The notes under the pieces: model-generated
Told to the model about the DNA's origin: nothing
The model's database searches: none
Seen by the model: the letters and a program-made list of their open reading frames with translations, nothing else
Program-made: the position numbers and the translations under genes
Shown: positions 16,994 through 25,730 of the stretch, piece after piece
How positions within the stretch are numbered: the stretch's first letter is position 1
Layout: the number at the start of each line of letters is the position of its first letter
Assembly (NCBI GenBank): GCA_041661425.1
Contig: JBAZUI010000005.1
Coordinates: 1 to 63,967, forward strand
Source of the DNA: Patescibacteria group bacterium
Lineage (GTDB): Bacteria > Patescibacteriota > Patescibacteriia > UBA9934
Length of the DNA stretch: 63,967 bases
Direction: 5' to 3'

Positions 16994-17842
16994 ATGGAAA
17001 TTTCTACCACGGTTCTTCTTTGCCCGCGAAATGATGAGGAATCTCTCACCATCCTTCGGCTCGCCGAGGCAATCGGATTATCCATGGTGGTTTCCTCGCA
17101 ACCGCATGGGGCGAAACTCGCAAAAGAATCACATCTTCTTGAAAGAATTCTCGAGATCAATCCTCAGGTGAATACCGTGGTTATTGTGGAAATTCCCGGG
17201 TCAAAAGAAGAAGAAATGCTTCGGGCGCAAGGCCTTGATGTTCACGTGATTGATCATCATCGTTACGATGAGGTGGACCGTCGAAACGCAAAAAGTTCCC
17301 TCGAACAATTTTGTGAATATTTCAAATTGAACGACGAGAAAATTTCCGCTCTTGGATTCTTACCAAAGGAAATTTCTTGGGTGGCGGCCATTGATCGCGG
17401 ATTCGTTTGGGAACTCCGAGAGCAAGGCTATGCCCCGGAAGAAATCCAGCAAGCGCTGGCCTATTATCGCACGCTCACACTCCAACTCGGTGAAGCTCGG
17501 AGAGAAAAAGAAGAAACCGCGGCCAAGATCGCCTGGGAAGCTCGTGAAGAGAAAAATGGTATCCTCATGGTTCGTAGCGTTGCGGATGATATTTCCATTC
17601 GGGATGCGCTTTCATTTCTCGTGGCCACGACGTTTGAAAAACCGCAGACCGTTTTTATCGTGCAAGGCCATCGGCGGATGTATGTGCAGGATACAGACGC
17701 CGCGTCAGCGTTATTCGATCGATTCGGAGGATTTACGTTTGGGGGCGATCGTTGCTGGGGGATTCTCAAAGATGACGGAAATCTTCCAAAAGAAGAAGAA
17801 ATTCTCGAAGTTCTTGTCCGGGCCATCGGTGCGAGAGTCTGA
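16994..17842 (+). CDS. Hypothetical protein (contains a VIDHHRY motif)
   Basis: 282-aa ORF starting 2 nt after the ileS stop. No confident family. Confidence 0.6.
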   Translation: MEISTTVLLCPRNDEESLTILRLAEAIGLSMVVSSQPHGAKLAKESHLLERILEINPQVNTVVIVEIPGSKEEEMLRAQGLDVHVIDHHRYDEVDRRNAKSSLEQFCEYFKLNDEKISALGFLPKEISWVAAIDRGFVWELREQGYAPEEIQQALAYYRTLTLQLGEARREKEETAAKIAWEAREEKNGILMVRSVADDISIRDALSFLVATTFEKPQTVFIVQGHRRMYVQDTDAASALFDRFGGFTFGGDRCWGILKDDGNLPKEEEILEVLVRAIGARV

Positions 17843-17856
17843 TATACTCAATAGGT

Positions 17857-19044
17857 ATGTGGGAGGTGGTCAAGAAAAAAAGTAACCAAGTTGAAACGAC
17901 CCTCGCCTGGATGGATCGACTTTTTGTTGATGAGGAAATAACCAAAAAAATTGGAGAAGCCATGAAAAAAGGGGAGAGTTTTGGTGAAGAAATTTCGCGC
18001 CTTTATGCAACCCCCCAAACGCCACCTTGGCATGCGGAAGGTCGTGATATTTCGGAACATCTTCGCCGAATGTTTGCCGGGCTTTTCGGTGTTCTTCGCG
18101 GAGATCATCTTGTGAATTTGGAGGAATTTCGATGTCAGAGAATTTTTATCCCCGAGATTCAAGAAATGGAGGAAACGATTGGGGAATACGCGGCAACGCT
18201 TCAGGCGTTTATCTATCTTCACGATATTGGAAAAGTCGAAACGCTTTCTTTTTCAGCACCTCTTGGTTCAAAAGGTAGTCAGGAGGGCTTTGCCCAACGC
18301 GATCGTCATCATCCGATTCTTGCGACCGTTCGCGAACGGGCCTGGTTTCAAAAATTGTGGAATGCCTTTGCACTCCAATACCCAAAAGCCTCGGCACACG
18401 AGTTACAGGCGAAGTTTTATGATACGTACGAAATTCGTGCGCACTATTTCCGACATGCCGAGATCGGTGCTGGAAACACGTATTTACCGTTATGCGATCG
18501 CGTCAGTGAAGCGTTTCGCTTGGGCGATCGCAATGAACGGCTTTTGCATTTTCTTATTCGGTATCACATGGACGCGATGAACGCGCCGGAGGTGATTGAC
18601 TATCTTGTGCATCGGGCCACGAAAGATGGACTTGATGGTGATGATGCCCTCGATGTCTTGTTTGCCGCTCGATTTCTTGATGTGACTCTTGGATGTGTCC
18701 GCTATCGTGAAGGGACATATGGTGTTGATTATCAGCCGATTTTTGATGCATTTCTCGCTGAGGAATCGGCACGTCCTGTTCGTCGTGCGGATCGCCGGGT
18801 TCGAATCGAGAAAAAGAAGAACGAAATTGAAAGAAAAATTCTTCATGAGGCATTACTCGACGGAGATGCTGTTTTTCATCTTCTCGGAACCCCATTTGGC
18901 CCGGAGCGAAAAGAAATGATGGATACCATTTCTGCCCTGGTTCACGGAGAGATTGAAACCGCTGATTTTGGAAGCCATTCCCGTGAAATTCTCGCACGGG
19001 TCGCTCGGGCGCGAATGGCTTTGACGCAGAAAGAGACCTCATGA
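17857..19044 (+). CDS. HD-domain protein
   Basis: YLHDIGK, RHAEIG and IRYHMD motifs. Start uncertain (alternative ATG at 17911). Confidence 0.7.
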   Translation: MWEVVKKKSNQVETTLAWMDRLFVDEEITKKIGEAMKKGESFGEEISRLYATPQTPPWHAEGRDISEHLRRMFAGLFGVLRGDHLVNLEEFRCQRIFIPEIQEMEETIGEYAATLQAFIYLHDIGKVETLSFSAPLGSKGSQEGFAQRDRHHPILATVRERAWFQKLWNAFALQYPKASAHELQAKFYDTYEIRAHYFRHAEIGAGNTYLPLCDRVSEAFRLGDRNERLLHFLIRYHMDAMNAPEVIDYLVHRATKDGLDGDDALDVLFAARFLDVTLGCVRYREGTYGVDYQPIFDAFLAEESARPVRRADRRVRIEKKKNEIERKILHEALLDGDAVFHLLGTPFGPERKEMMDTISALVHGEIETADFGSHSREILARVARARMALTQKETS

Positions 19045-19057
19045 GACAATGCGGTCT

Positions 19058-19600
19058 ATGATCGCTTATCTTACTGGTACCATCTTCTCGAGGACTGAGG
19101 AATCGGTGGTTCTTCTTGTTTCGGGGATTGGATACGACATTCACATGCTCAGCGATATTGCCGTTGGTGATTTGGCGGATTTTTACATTTACGACTGGAT
19201 TCGAGAAGATCGGCATGAGCTTTATGGGTTCGAAACCATCGAAGAAAAAAAGATGTTCGAACAATTGCTAACGATTTCGGGGGTGGGTGCCAAAATGGCA
19301 CAAAAGCTCATGCGCGCCGGTTCCCCTGATCGCCTTTTTGAAGCCTTGCAAAAGCAGGATCTTGATTTCTTTCAAAGCATTCCGGGGATTGGAAAAAAGA
19401 TGGCGCAAAAGATTCTTCTTGAACTTAAGGGGGTCCTTGTCTCGGGAGAGGCGGTGAGCGAAGAAGACACCGAAACTCTTGAAGCCTTGATCCATTTGGG
19501 ATACGCAAGAAAAGATTGTAAAGAAATTCTCTCTTCCTTGCATGGAGAAAATCAGGAAGAGCGTATTCGTGAGGCCTTAAAACTTTTAAGCCATTCCTAA
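19058..19600 (+). CDS. ruvA: Holliday junction DNA helicase subunit RuvA
   Basis: MIAYLTG start and two HhH motifs (ISGVGAKMA, IPGIGKKMA). An alternative ATG is at 19049. Confidence 0.88.
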   Translation: MIAYLTGTIFSRTEESVVLLVSGIGYDIHMLSDIAVGDLADFYIYDWIREDRHELYGFETIEEKKMFEQLLTISGVGAKMAQKLMRAGSPDRLFEALQKQDLDFFQSIPGIGKKMAQKILLELKGVLVSGEAVSEEDTETLEALIHLGYARKDCKEILSSLHGENQEERIREALKLLSHS

Positions 19601-19602
19601 AT

Positions 19603-20547
19603 ATGGACGCTCAACTCTGGAATGAACAGGTTCGTCGATTTGCGCCTCCATTCGGGGCTTTTCTTCAGTCTTGGGAGTGGGGAGAATTTCAGCGTTCCAT
19701 GGGGCGTGAAATTGAGCGATTTTTTGTCGAAGAAGAAGCCGGGACTCTTTTGGCGCAAGGGATTGAGATGCATTTGCCAGGCCGTCAGGTTTACTGGTAT
19801 TTCCCCAAAGGACCGCTTGGGACGCTTCCATTTGATCGAAAAATTGAGATTATTCGCGAACGTTTGGGATCGGCGATGTTTTTACGTCTGGAGCCCCAAG
19901 AGGAAGTTCCGTTTCCAAAAGTATCTGATATTCAGCCGGCCACCACACGAATTATTGATCTTCGCAAAAGCGAGGAAGCCCTTTTTGAAGAAATGAAATC
20001 AAAAACGCGATACAATATTCGGCTCGGAGAACGTCAGGGAGTTGAGTGTCGCATGGTTGGGAAAGAACATTTTGATGATTTTTGTCGCCTCATGGAACAG
20101 ACGGCTGTGCGTGATCGTTTTGCTGCGCATTCTTGCGAACACTATCAGACGATGCTTTCTTCTCTTCAAGGTGGGGAGGTTGAATCATTTTTAGCCATGG
20201 CTTTTTTTGAGGGCCGACCGTTAGCCGGAAATCTTTGTATCGATTTTGGCGGAGCTCGTACCTACCTTCATGGGGGTACGAGCAATCTCCATCGAAATAT
20301 TCGCGCGCAATTTGCGCTCCATGCTTTTCTTTTTCATGATGCAAAAGAACGCGGAAATAAGACGTTTGATTTTTGGGGCATCGCCCCGGTCGATGCTTCT
20401 GAAAATCATCCTTGGGCAGGGATTTCTCGATATAAAGAAGGCTATGGCGGTACCGTTGTCTCCATGCCGGGAACCTATGATTTGCCCATGAAGCACTTGT
20501 GGTATAGCTTGTACGGGATCGGGAAAAGAATCAAACATCTAGGATAG
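19603..20547 (+). CDS. FemAB-family peptidoglycan peptidyl/aminoacyl transferase
   Basis: FLQSWEWGEF, TRYNIR and YLHGGTS motifs typical of FemX/FemAB. Confidence 0.8.
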   Translation: MDAQLWNEQVRRFAPPFGAFLQSWEWGEFQRSMGREIERFFVEEEAGTLLAQGIEMHLPGRQVYWYFPKGPLGTLPFDRKIEIIRERLGSAMFLRLEPQEEVPFPKVSDIQPATTRIIDLRKSEEALFEEMKSKTRYNIRLGERQGVECRMVGKEHFDDFCRLMEQTAVRDRFAAHSCEHYQTMLSSLQGGEVESFLAMAFFEGRPLAGNLCIDFGGARTYLHGGTSNLHRNIRAQFALHAFLFHDAKERGNKTFDFWGIAPVDASENHPWAGISRYKEGYGGTVVSMPGTYDLPMKHLWYSLYGIGKRIKHLG

Positions 20548-20605
20548 CACCCAGCGTTTTACCGAAACAAGGAAAGTAAGAAGGATCAAATTTCTCATCA
20601 ACAAT

Positions 20606-20632
20606 GAATCGCGACAAACGCGATTTTTTTTG
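20606..20632 (+). terminator. Rho-independent terminator
   Basis: AATCGCG-ACAAA-CGCGATT followed by TTTTTTT. Confidence 0.75.
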
Positions 20633-20789
20633 ATATGATTCATCTTGTAATCATTTAGAAAACGGGCCACTTCTGTGATAAAACGTCGAAAAAGTCGAAT
20701 AGAGGCTCTTTGCGTTTTATTTGCATTTATTTTGCAAATTTTTTGTGCATTCCTACCGACTCCGGCCTTCTCTTATCCCGCGTATGTGG

Positions 20790-21300
20790 CAAATTCTGAT
20801 CTAGTCATTGCTGCGCCTTACGACACCGCGACTGCAGGCGTCGGGCCATTGGGCCTTCTCGCAATGACGTGGGGGTATCGCGTCAAAACTCACCCTGCCG
20901 TCATTGCGAGCCCGCAGGGCGAAGCAATCCGTTCGAATAGATTGCTTCCCGCCTTCGCTCATTCCGTCTTCGCTAAAGCTACGACGGATAAATCGGAGCT
21001 TCGGACGGGCAGGCGTCGGCCATGAGGCCTTCTCGCAATGACGGCAGAAAGGAAGCTCCGAAGTTATCGTGTTGCTTATGTTGTCATTGCGGGGTGCGGA
21101 TGGGTCTATGCCATCCCTCTGCCATATCGCGAGGAACTTGTGAGAATTCTCGGTGGCGTAGCAACCCATCCCCCTGCCGTCATTGCGAGGAGTGGATGAA
21201 AAATTATTCGGTGACAGAGCGATCCGTGCCCCCTGCCGTCATTGCGAGGAACTGTCTTACATTTTTTGGTGACGAAGCAATCCAGTATTGCCAATGGGTG
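20790..21300. repeat. ~500-bp mosaic of hairpin-forming repeat modules upstream of the FG-GAP gene
   Basis: CGTCATTGCGAG occurs at 20899, 21178 and 21236, with its complement CTCGCAATGACG at 20858 and 21033. GCAGGCGTCGG..GGCCTTCTCGCAATGACG is repeated at 20835 and 21010. A family B/C hairpin module sits at 20964-20992. Confidence 0.8.
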
Positions 21301-21403
21301 TTCTACGTCCCAACGCCGATTCTTTGCTGTGTATAAAGCGAAAAATCTTTGGATTGTCGTGTTATACTTAATCCATCATTTGTCTTATTTGCATTGCAAA
21401 GAA

Positions 21404-22276
21404 ATGAGCAGACCAATTCCTAAATTTAATATCCAAAAAGCATCCATTGCCATGATGTTTGCTTTGTTGTGTTTTATCCCTTTTGCTTTTGCGGCAACAA
21501 CGCACAATCTGTCGCTTTTTGTTGAGTTTACCGGTGAGAGCACAAATAGTAATTATGCGGGGCGGACGGTCGCCCCTGCCGGCGATGTAAACGGTGATGG
21601 TTACAAAGATTTCCTTATTGGAGCGTATGGCAATAATGATGGTGGCGCCAATACAGGTGCGGTGTATCTCATTTACGGTTCAGCAACACCGTTTACCAGC
21701 AGAAACCTTACAAATGACATAAAATTTTGGGGAGAAGCTGTTGGAGATTTGGTCGGCGAAACCTCTATTGCTTCTGCCGGGGACGTGAATGGTGACGGAT
21801 ACGATGATATTCTTATTGGCGCCTATAGAAATGATGATGCCGGAGCAGATGCCGGTGCCGCATATTTGATTTACGGCCAGGCGGCTACGCTTACCAGTGC
21901 TTCGCTTTCAACAGCAATCGAATTTACCGGTGAAGTCGCCGGAGATAAAGCCGGTTATTTCGTTGCCTCAGCAGGGGATGTGAACTTCGATACGTATGAT
22001 GACTTTTTGGTCGGCGCCTATATGAATGACGATGGCCCCGGTGACAATGGCGGTGCCGCCTATCTCATTTACGGTCAGGCTGATCCACTTGTGAGTGCAT
22101 CACTCTCAACCGCCGTGGAGTTTACCGGTGAAGTTGCCGGAGATAACGCTGGTACTAGTGTTTCTTCAGCTGGGGATGTAAATAACGACACATATAGCGA
22201 TATTCTCGTTGGTGCACAATCGAATGACGATGGCCCTGGTGACGATGGCGGCGCGGCTTATCTTATCTATGGCTAG
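21404..22276 (+). CDS. FG-GAP repeat surface protein, N-terminal part (signal peptide plus 4 repeats), ending at an in-frame TAG
   Basis: MSRPIPKFNIQKASIAMMFALLCFIPFAFA signal. Repeats of the form AGDVNGDGYDD..GAAYLIYGQA. The TAG at 22274-22276 replaces the CAG (Q) of the repeat consensus. Confidence 0.8.
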   Translation: MSRPIPKFNIQKASIAMMFALLCFIPFAFAATTHNLSLFVEFTGESTNSNYAGRTVAPAGDVNGDGYKDFLIGAYGNNDGGANTGAVYLIYGSATPFTSRNLTNDIKFWGEAVGDLVGETSIASAGDVNGDGYDDILIGAYRNDDAGADAGAAYLIYGQAATLTSASLSTAIEFTGEVAGDKAGYFVASAGDVNFDTYDDFLVGAYMNDDGPGDNGGAAYLIYGQADPLVSASLSTAVEFTGEVAGDNAGTSVSSAGDVNNDTYSDILVGAQSNDDGPGDDGGAAYLIYG

Positions 22277-22312
22277 GCCGCGCCACTCGTTAGTGCCTCG
22301 CTCTCAACGGCT

Positions 22313-25300
22313 GTGGAATTTACCGGTGAAGTTGCCGGAAACCAGGCCGGGTATTCTGTTTCTTCAGCCGGGGATGTGAATAACGATACTTACGATGACT
22401 TTTTAGTCGGAGCTTTCTTGAATAGTGACGGCGCGAGCATGGCCGGCGCTGTTTATTTAATTTACGGTCAGGCCGCTCCGCTTGTCGCCGCTTCACTTTC
22501 AACTGCGGTGGAGTTTACCGGTGAAGGTGTAATGGACTTTGCAGGCACCAGTGTTTCTTCAGCTGGGGATGTGAATAACGACACATATGATGATTTTCTC
22601 GTTAATGCAGCTTTTAACGATGATGGCCCGGGTAATGATGGAGGAGCGGCTTATCTCATTTACGGTCAGGCCGCGCCACTCGTTAGTGCTTCTCTTTCGA
22701 CCGCAGTTGAGTTCATCGGTGAAGCCGCTATTGATTATGCGGGCTACACGGTTGCCTCGGCCGGGGATGTGAATAACGACACTTATGATGATTTCCTGGT
22801 CGGCGCCTTTATGCATCATGGATATGGTGCCGATTCCGGTTCGGCTTATTTTATTTATGGTCAAGCTAGCGCACTCACGAGCGCGTCACTTTCAACCGCG
22901 GTTAATTTTGGTGGGGAAGCTTATGAGAATACCGCTGTGGCGTCTGATGACTCCGCGGGGAGTGACATTGGCAATGCTGGAGATGTGAACGGCGATGGGT
23001 ATGATGATTTCCTTGTAGTGGCAAATGCGAATGATGACGGTGGCAGCTCATCAGGATCGGCGTATCTTGTGTATGGTCAAGCTTCGCTTCTTGCGGGAAC
23101 ATCATTGTCAAATGCGGTTGAATATATCGGTGAAACGGTGTCGGATATGGTTAATCTTGCGAAAACAGCCGGAGACGTGAATGGTGATGGGTATGATGAT
23201 TTTCTCATCACAGCTTCTTTTAACGATAGCGGTGCTTCAAACGCCGGCGCCGTGTATCTTATTTACGGTCAGGCCGCACCATTGGCTGGTGGATCGCTAT
23301 CAAGTGTGGCAGTGAAATATACTGGGGAAGGTATTAACTACAAAGCCGGTGTCGCTCTTGCATACGGAGATATCAATGGCGATGAATATAGCGATTTTCT
23401 TATTGATGCCGCTTCAAGTAGTGATGGAAAAACCGTTGTTTATCTTGTGTATGGTCAAGCCGCACCATTGGCTGGTGGATCGCTATCAACGGCTGTTGCA
23501 TTAACCGGTGCGCCAGCGGGTGGCTATAATACTCCAGTTTCGGTCGGCGATGTAAACGGAGATGGGTATGATGATATTTTAATCGGAAATTATACTTTAA
23601 ACATTGCCTATCTTCTCTACGGTCAGGCCGCATCATTTGTGAGCGGATCCTATCTCGCATCATCCGTTCAGTTCACACCTGAGGTGAGTGGCGATTTGGC
23701 AGGAATGGACGTTGCGTTGGCGGATATCAACGGCGATGGATATCGCGACATGATTATTTCCGCCACACAAAATGACGATGGCGCAGTGAATGCCGGTGCG
23801 ATTTATCTGATTTATGGACAAGCCGCCGCACTTACAAACGCCTCTCTTTCGACTGCAATAGAATTTATGGGCATAAATGCCACAGCGTCCGGAGCCTCAA
23901 TTGGACTCGCTGATCATTGTGATGTTAATAACGATGGATACGACGATCTTTTTATTGGATTTAAAGATGACAATACCACCTATTACACTCTTGGTCAGGC
24001 AGCTCCCCTTGTTGGTGGATCGCTTTCAACATTCAATACATTCACGGGTGAAGTTGTTGGCGATAGTGCCGGTGATTCTGTCTCTTGTGCCGGTGATGTG
24101 AACGGCGACAATTATAATGAAATAATCATCGGTGCAACAGGAAATGATGATGCTGGATCCGGTGCCGGTGCCGCCTATCTTGGCTATCTCTACGTTGACT
24201 CCGATCACGATGGCATGCCGGGAACAGCCGGCATTCTCGACGGCAATGATTTTGACGATAATGACCCGAGCGTTCAGGATAGTTGGATTTCGAATTTGAG
24301 CGTTGGTGGTTCCTCGGATGGGTGGGGTGGAGTACTCATTCAATTTACCCTCGACGATCCAGACGATGATGATACCGATCAGGCAAGAATTCAATATAGC
24401 CTTGATAACGGCGCAACATGGGCAGATCCAACACTCAGCACATCAGATGCCGATACTACCGCAACCTATGGCGATCCGGATATTAATAATTCCGTTGCGT
24501 ATCAGGTTGGACAATCCGGTGCCTACATTACAACGTCTTCCGGAGCAAATACGATTCAGGTTCGATGGAATTCCGCGGTTGATGTTCCAACAGCGGCAAC
24601 ACAAACCGCAAAAATTCGCGTGACCCCTTATGACGGGACTTCAGAAGGAACCTCAGCAACAAGCTCAGCGTTTTCACTCAATAACCTCGAATCAAATCCC
24701 AGCGATTCCACTCCATCACAACCAAAGGTCACGCCGGAACTGACGGGCCTCGTCATCTCTCAAGGCAATGGCACTACGACCGGTACTCTCACCGAAGGGG
24801 AGTGGACAAGTGTTTCTTGGCTCACACTCGGCTCCGTTCCGTATGTGCTTGTTTCTTATTCAACAGATAATGGATCCACCTGGCAGACGCTTGTTGGTCC
24901 CATCGCAAATCGCAGTAATATCGCCTTTACCATGCCAAGTGATCTGGGTGACACCTTCATGCTCAAGGTTGAAGGAACTGATCTTGCTCTTGTTCTCGAT
25001 ACGCTCACGAGTGATCCAATTATCATCCTCGAACAGACAACCACCCCACCAACATCAACGACTCCGGTCGTAACTCCACCAGCCACGTACGTCCCAGTGG
25101 TTCCGGTTTATGCTCCCTCTCCCATTCTTGGTTACCAGTTCCCAACAACTCCAACGGATACAACATCGGCTACTCAAACTCCCGCAGAAACAGGCGATGA
25201 ACCATCTCCCATCCTTACCTATACCTCTCCCGAGGCCGCATCTCCCGTCACAGGTGAACAGGAAGAGGTGACTGAAGTCTTCCCTGGAGACTATATCAAG

Positions 25301-25684
25301 AGTCCATATTTCCCAACGGTCTATTATGTCACGGAAAACATGGAGCGCCGTCCATTCATGGACGCTCAAACCTACTTTACCTATGAGAGTTCGTTTAATG
25401 CCGTAAAGATCGTTTCTGATGCCACGCTTCCTCTCCTCAATCTTGCCGGTCCCATGCTTCCAAAGCCTTCGACCGTTCTTGTGAAAATCCAGAGTGATCC
25501 AAAGGTCTATCTCGTCTCCACAAATCCCGACAGTGAATATCGCCCCATTCTTCATTGGATCTCGAGCGAGGAATTGGCCGTCAAGATGTACGGCCCTCAA
25601 TGGCCACAATACGTGATTGATATTCCTGTTACTCTATTCGCACGATTTGAGATTGGAGACAAGATTGCCCTGAATCCGAATTGA
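22313..25684 (+). CDS. FG-GAP repeat surface protein, continuation (same frame as 21404-22276; 10 more repeats, T/P-rich linker, C-terminal conserved domain)
   Basis: Frame is continuous from 22277 (AAPLVSASLSTAVEFTGE...). Track ORF start 22313 is a GTG inside the repeat. Confidence 0.85.
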   Translation: MEFTGEVAGNQAGYSVSSAGDVNNDTYDDFLVGAFLNSDGASMAGAVYLIYGQAAPLVAASLSTAVEFTGEGVMDFAGTSVSSAGDVNNDTYDDFLVNAAFNDDGPGNDGGAAYLIYGQAAPLVSASLSTAVEFIGEAAIDYAGYTVASAGDVNNDTYDDFLVGAFMHHGYGADSGSAYFIYGQASALTSASLSTAVNFGGEAYENTAVASDDSAGSDIGNAGDVNGDGYDDFLVVANANDDGGSSSGSAYLVYGQASLLAGTSLSNAVEYIGETVSDMVNLAKTAGDVNGDGYDDFLITASFNDSGASNAGAVYLIYGQAAPLAGGSLSSVAVKYTGEGINYKAGVALAYGDINGDEYSDFLIDAASSSDGKTVVYLVYGQAAPLAGGSLSTAVALTGAPAGGYNTPVSVGDVNGDGYDDILIGNYTLNIAYLLYGQAASFVSGSYLASSVQFTPEVSGDLAGMDVALADINGDGYRDMIISATQNDDGAVNAGAIYLIYGQAAALTNASLSTAIEFMGINATASGASIGLADHCDVNNDGYDDLFIGFKDDNTTYYTLGQAAPLVGGSLSTFNTFTGEVVGDSAGDSVSCAGDVNGDNYNEIIIGATGNDDAGSGAGAAYLGYLYVDSDHDGMPGTAGILDGNDFDDNDPSVQDSWISNLSVGGSSDGWGGVLIQFTLDDPDDDDTDQARIQYSLDNGATWADPTLSTSDADTTATYGDPDINNSVAYQVGQSGAYITTSSGANTIQVRWNSAVDVPTAATQTAKIRVTPYDGTSEGTSATSSAFSLNNLESNPSDSTPSQPKVTPELTGLVISQGNGTTTGTLTEGEWTSVSWLTLGSVPYVLVSYSTDNGSTWQTLVGPIANRSNIAFTMPSDLGDTFMLKVEGTDLALVLDTLTSDPIIILEQTTTPPTSTTPVVTPPATYVPVVPVYAPSPILGYQFPTTPTDTTSATQTPAETGDEPSPILTYTSPEAASPVTGEQEEVTEVFPGDYIKSPYFPTVYYVTENMERRPFMDAQTYFTYESSFNAVKIVSDATLPLLNLAGPMLPKPSTVLVKIQSDPKVYLVSTNPDSEYRPILHWISSEELAVKMYGPQWPQYVIDIPVTLFARFEIGDKIALNPN

Positions 25685-25696
25685 ATGAAATAAAAA

Positions 25697-25730
25697 ATGG
25701 GCAGATACTCGGGTCTGCCCATTTGTTTTT
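25697..25730. terminator. Bidirectional terminator between convergent genes
   Basis: ATGGGCAGA...TCTGCCCAT stem, with A-run upstream and TTTGTTTTT downstream. Confidence 0.7.

Noticed and set aside
20790-21300. Possible CRISPR array, here or at the tRNA-linked repeats.
   Set aside because: There is no regular repeat-spacer periodicity. Repeats occur in both orientations and with variable spacing, and there are no cas genes in the window.
20675-21336. ORFs 20675-21025, 20801-21169, 21022-21336 and 21106-21294.
   Set aside because: They overlap one another on both strands inside the hairpin-repeat mosaic. Their peptide sequences are translations of repeat modules such as VIASPQGEAI.
22274-22276. 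TAG reassignment (alternative genetic code) as an explanation for the in-frame stop.
   Set aside because: TAG terminates several well-supported genes in the window, including the FemAB-family gene at 20545, bactofilin at 61580 and the DUF4349-like gene at 10170.
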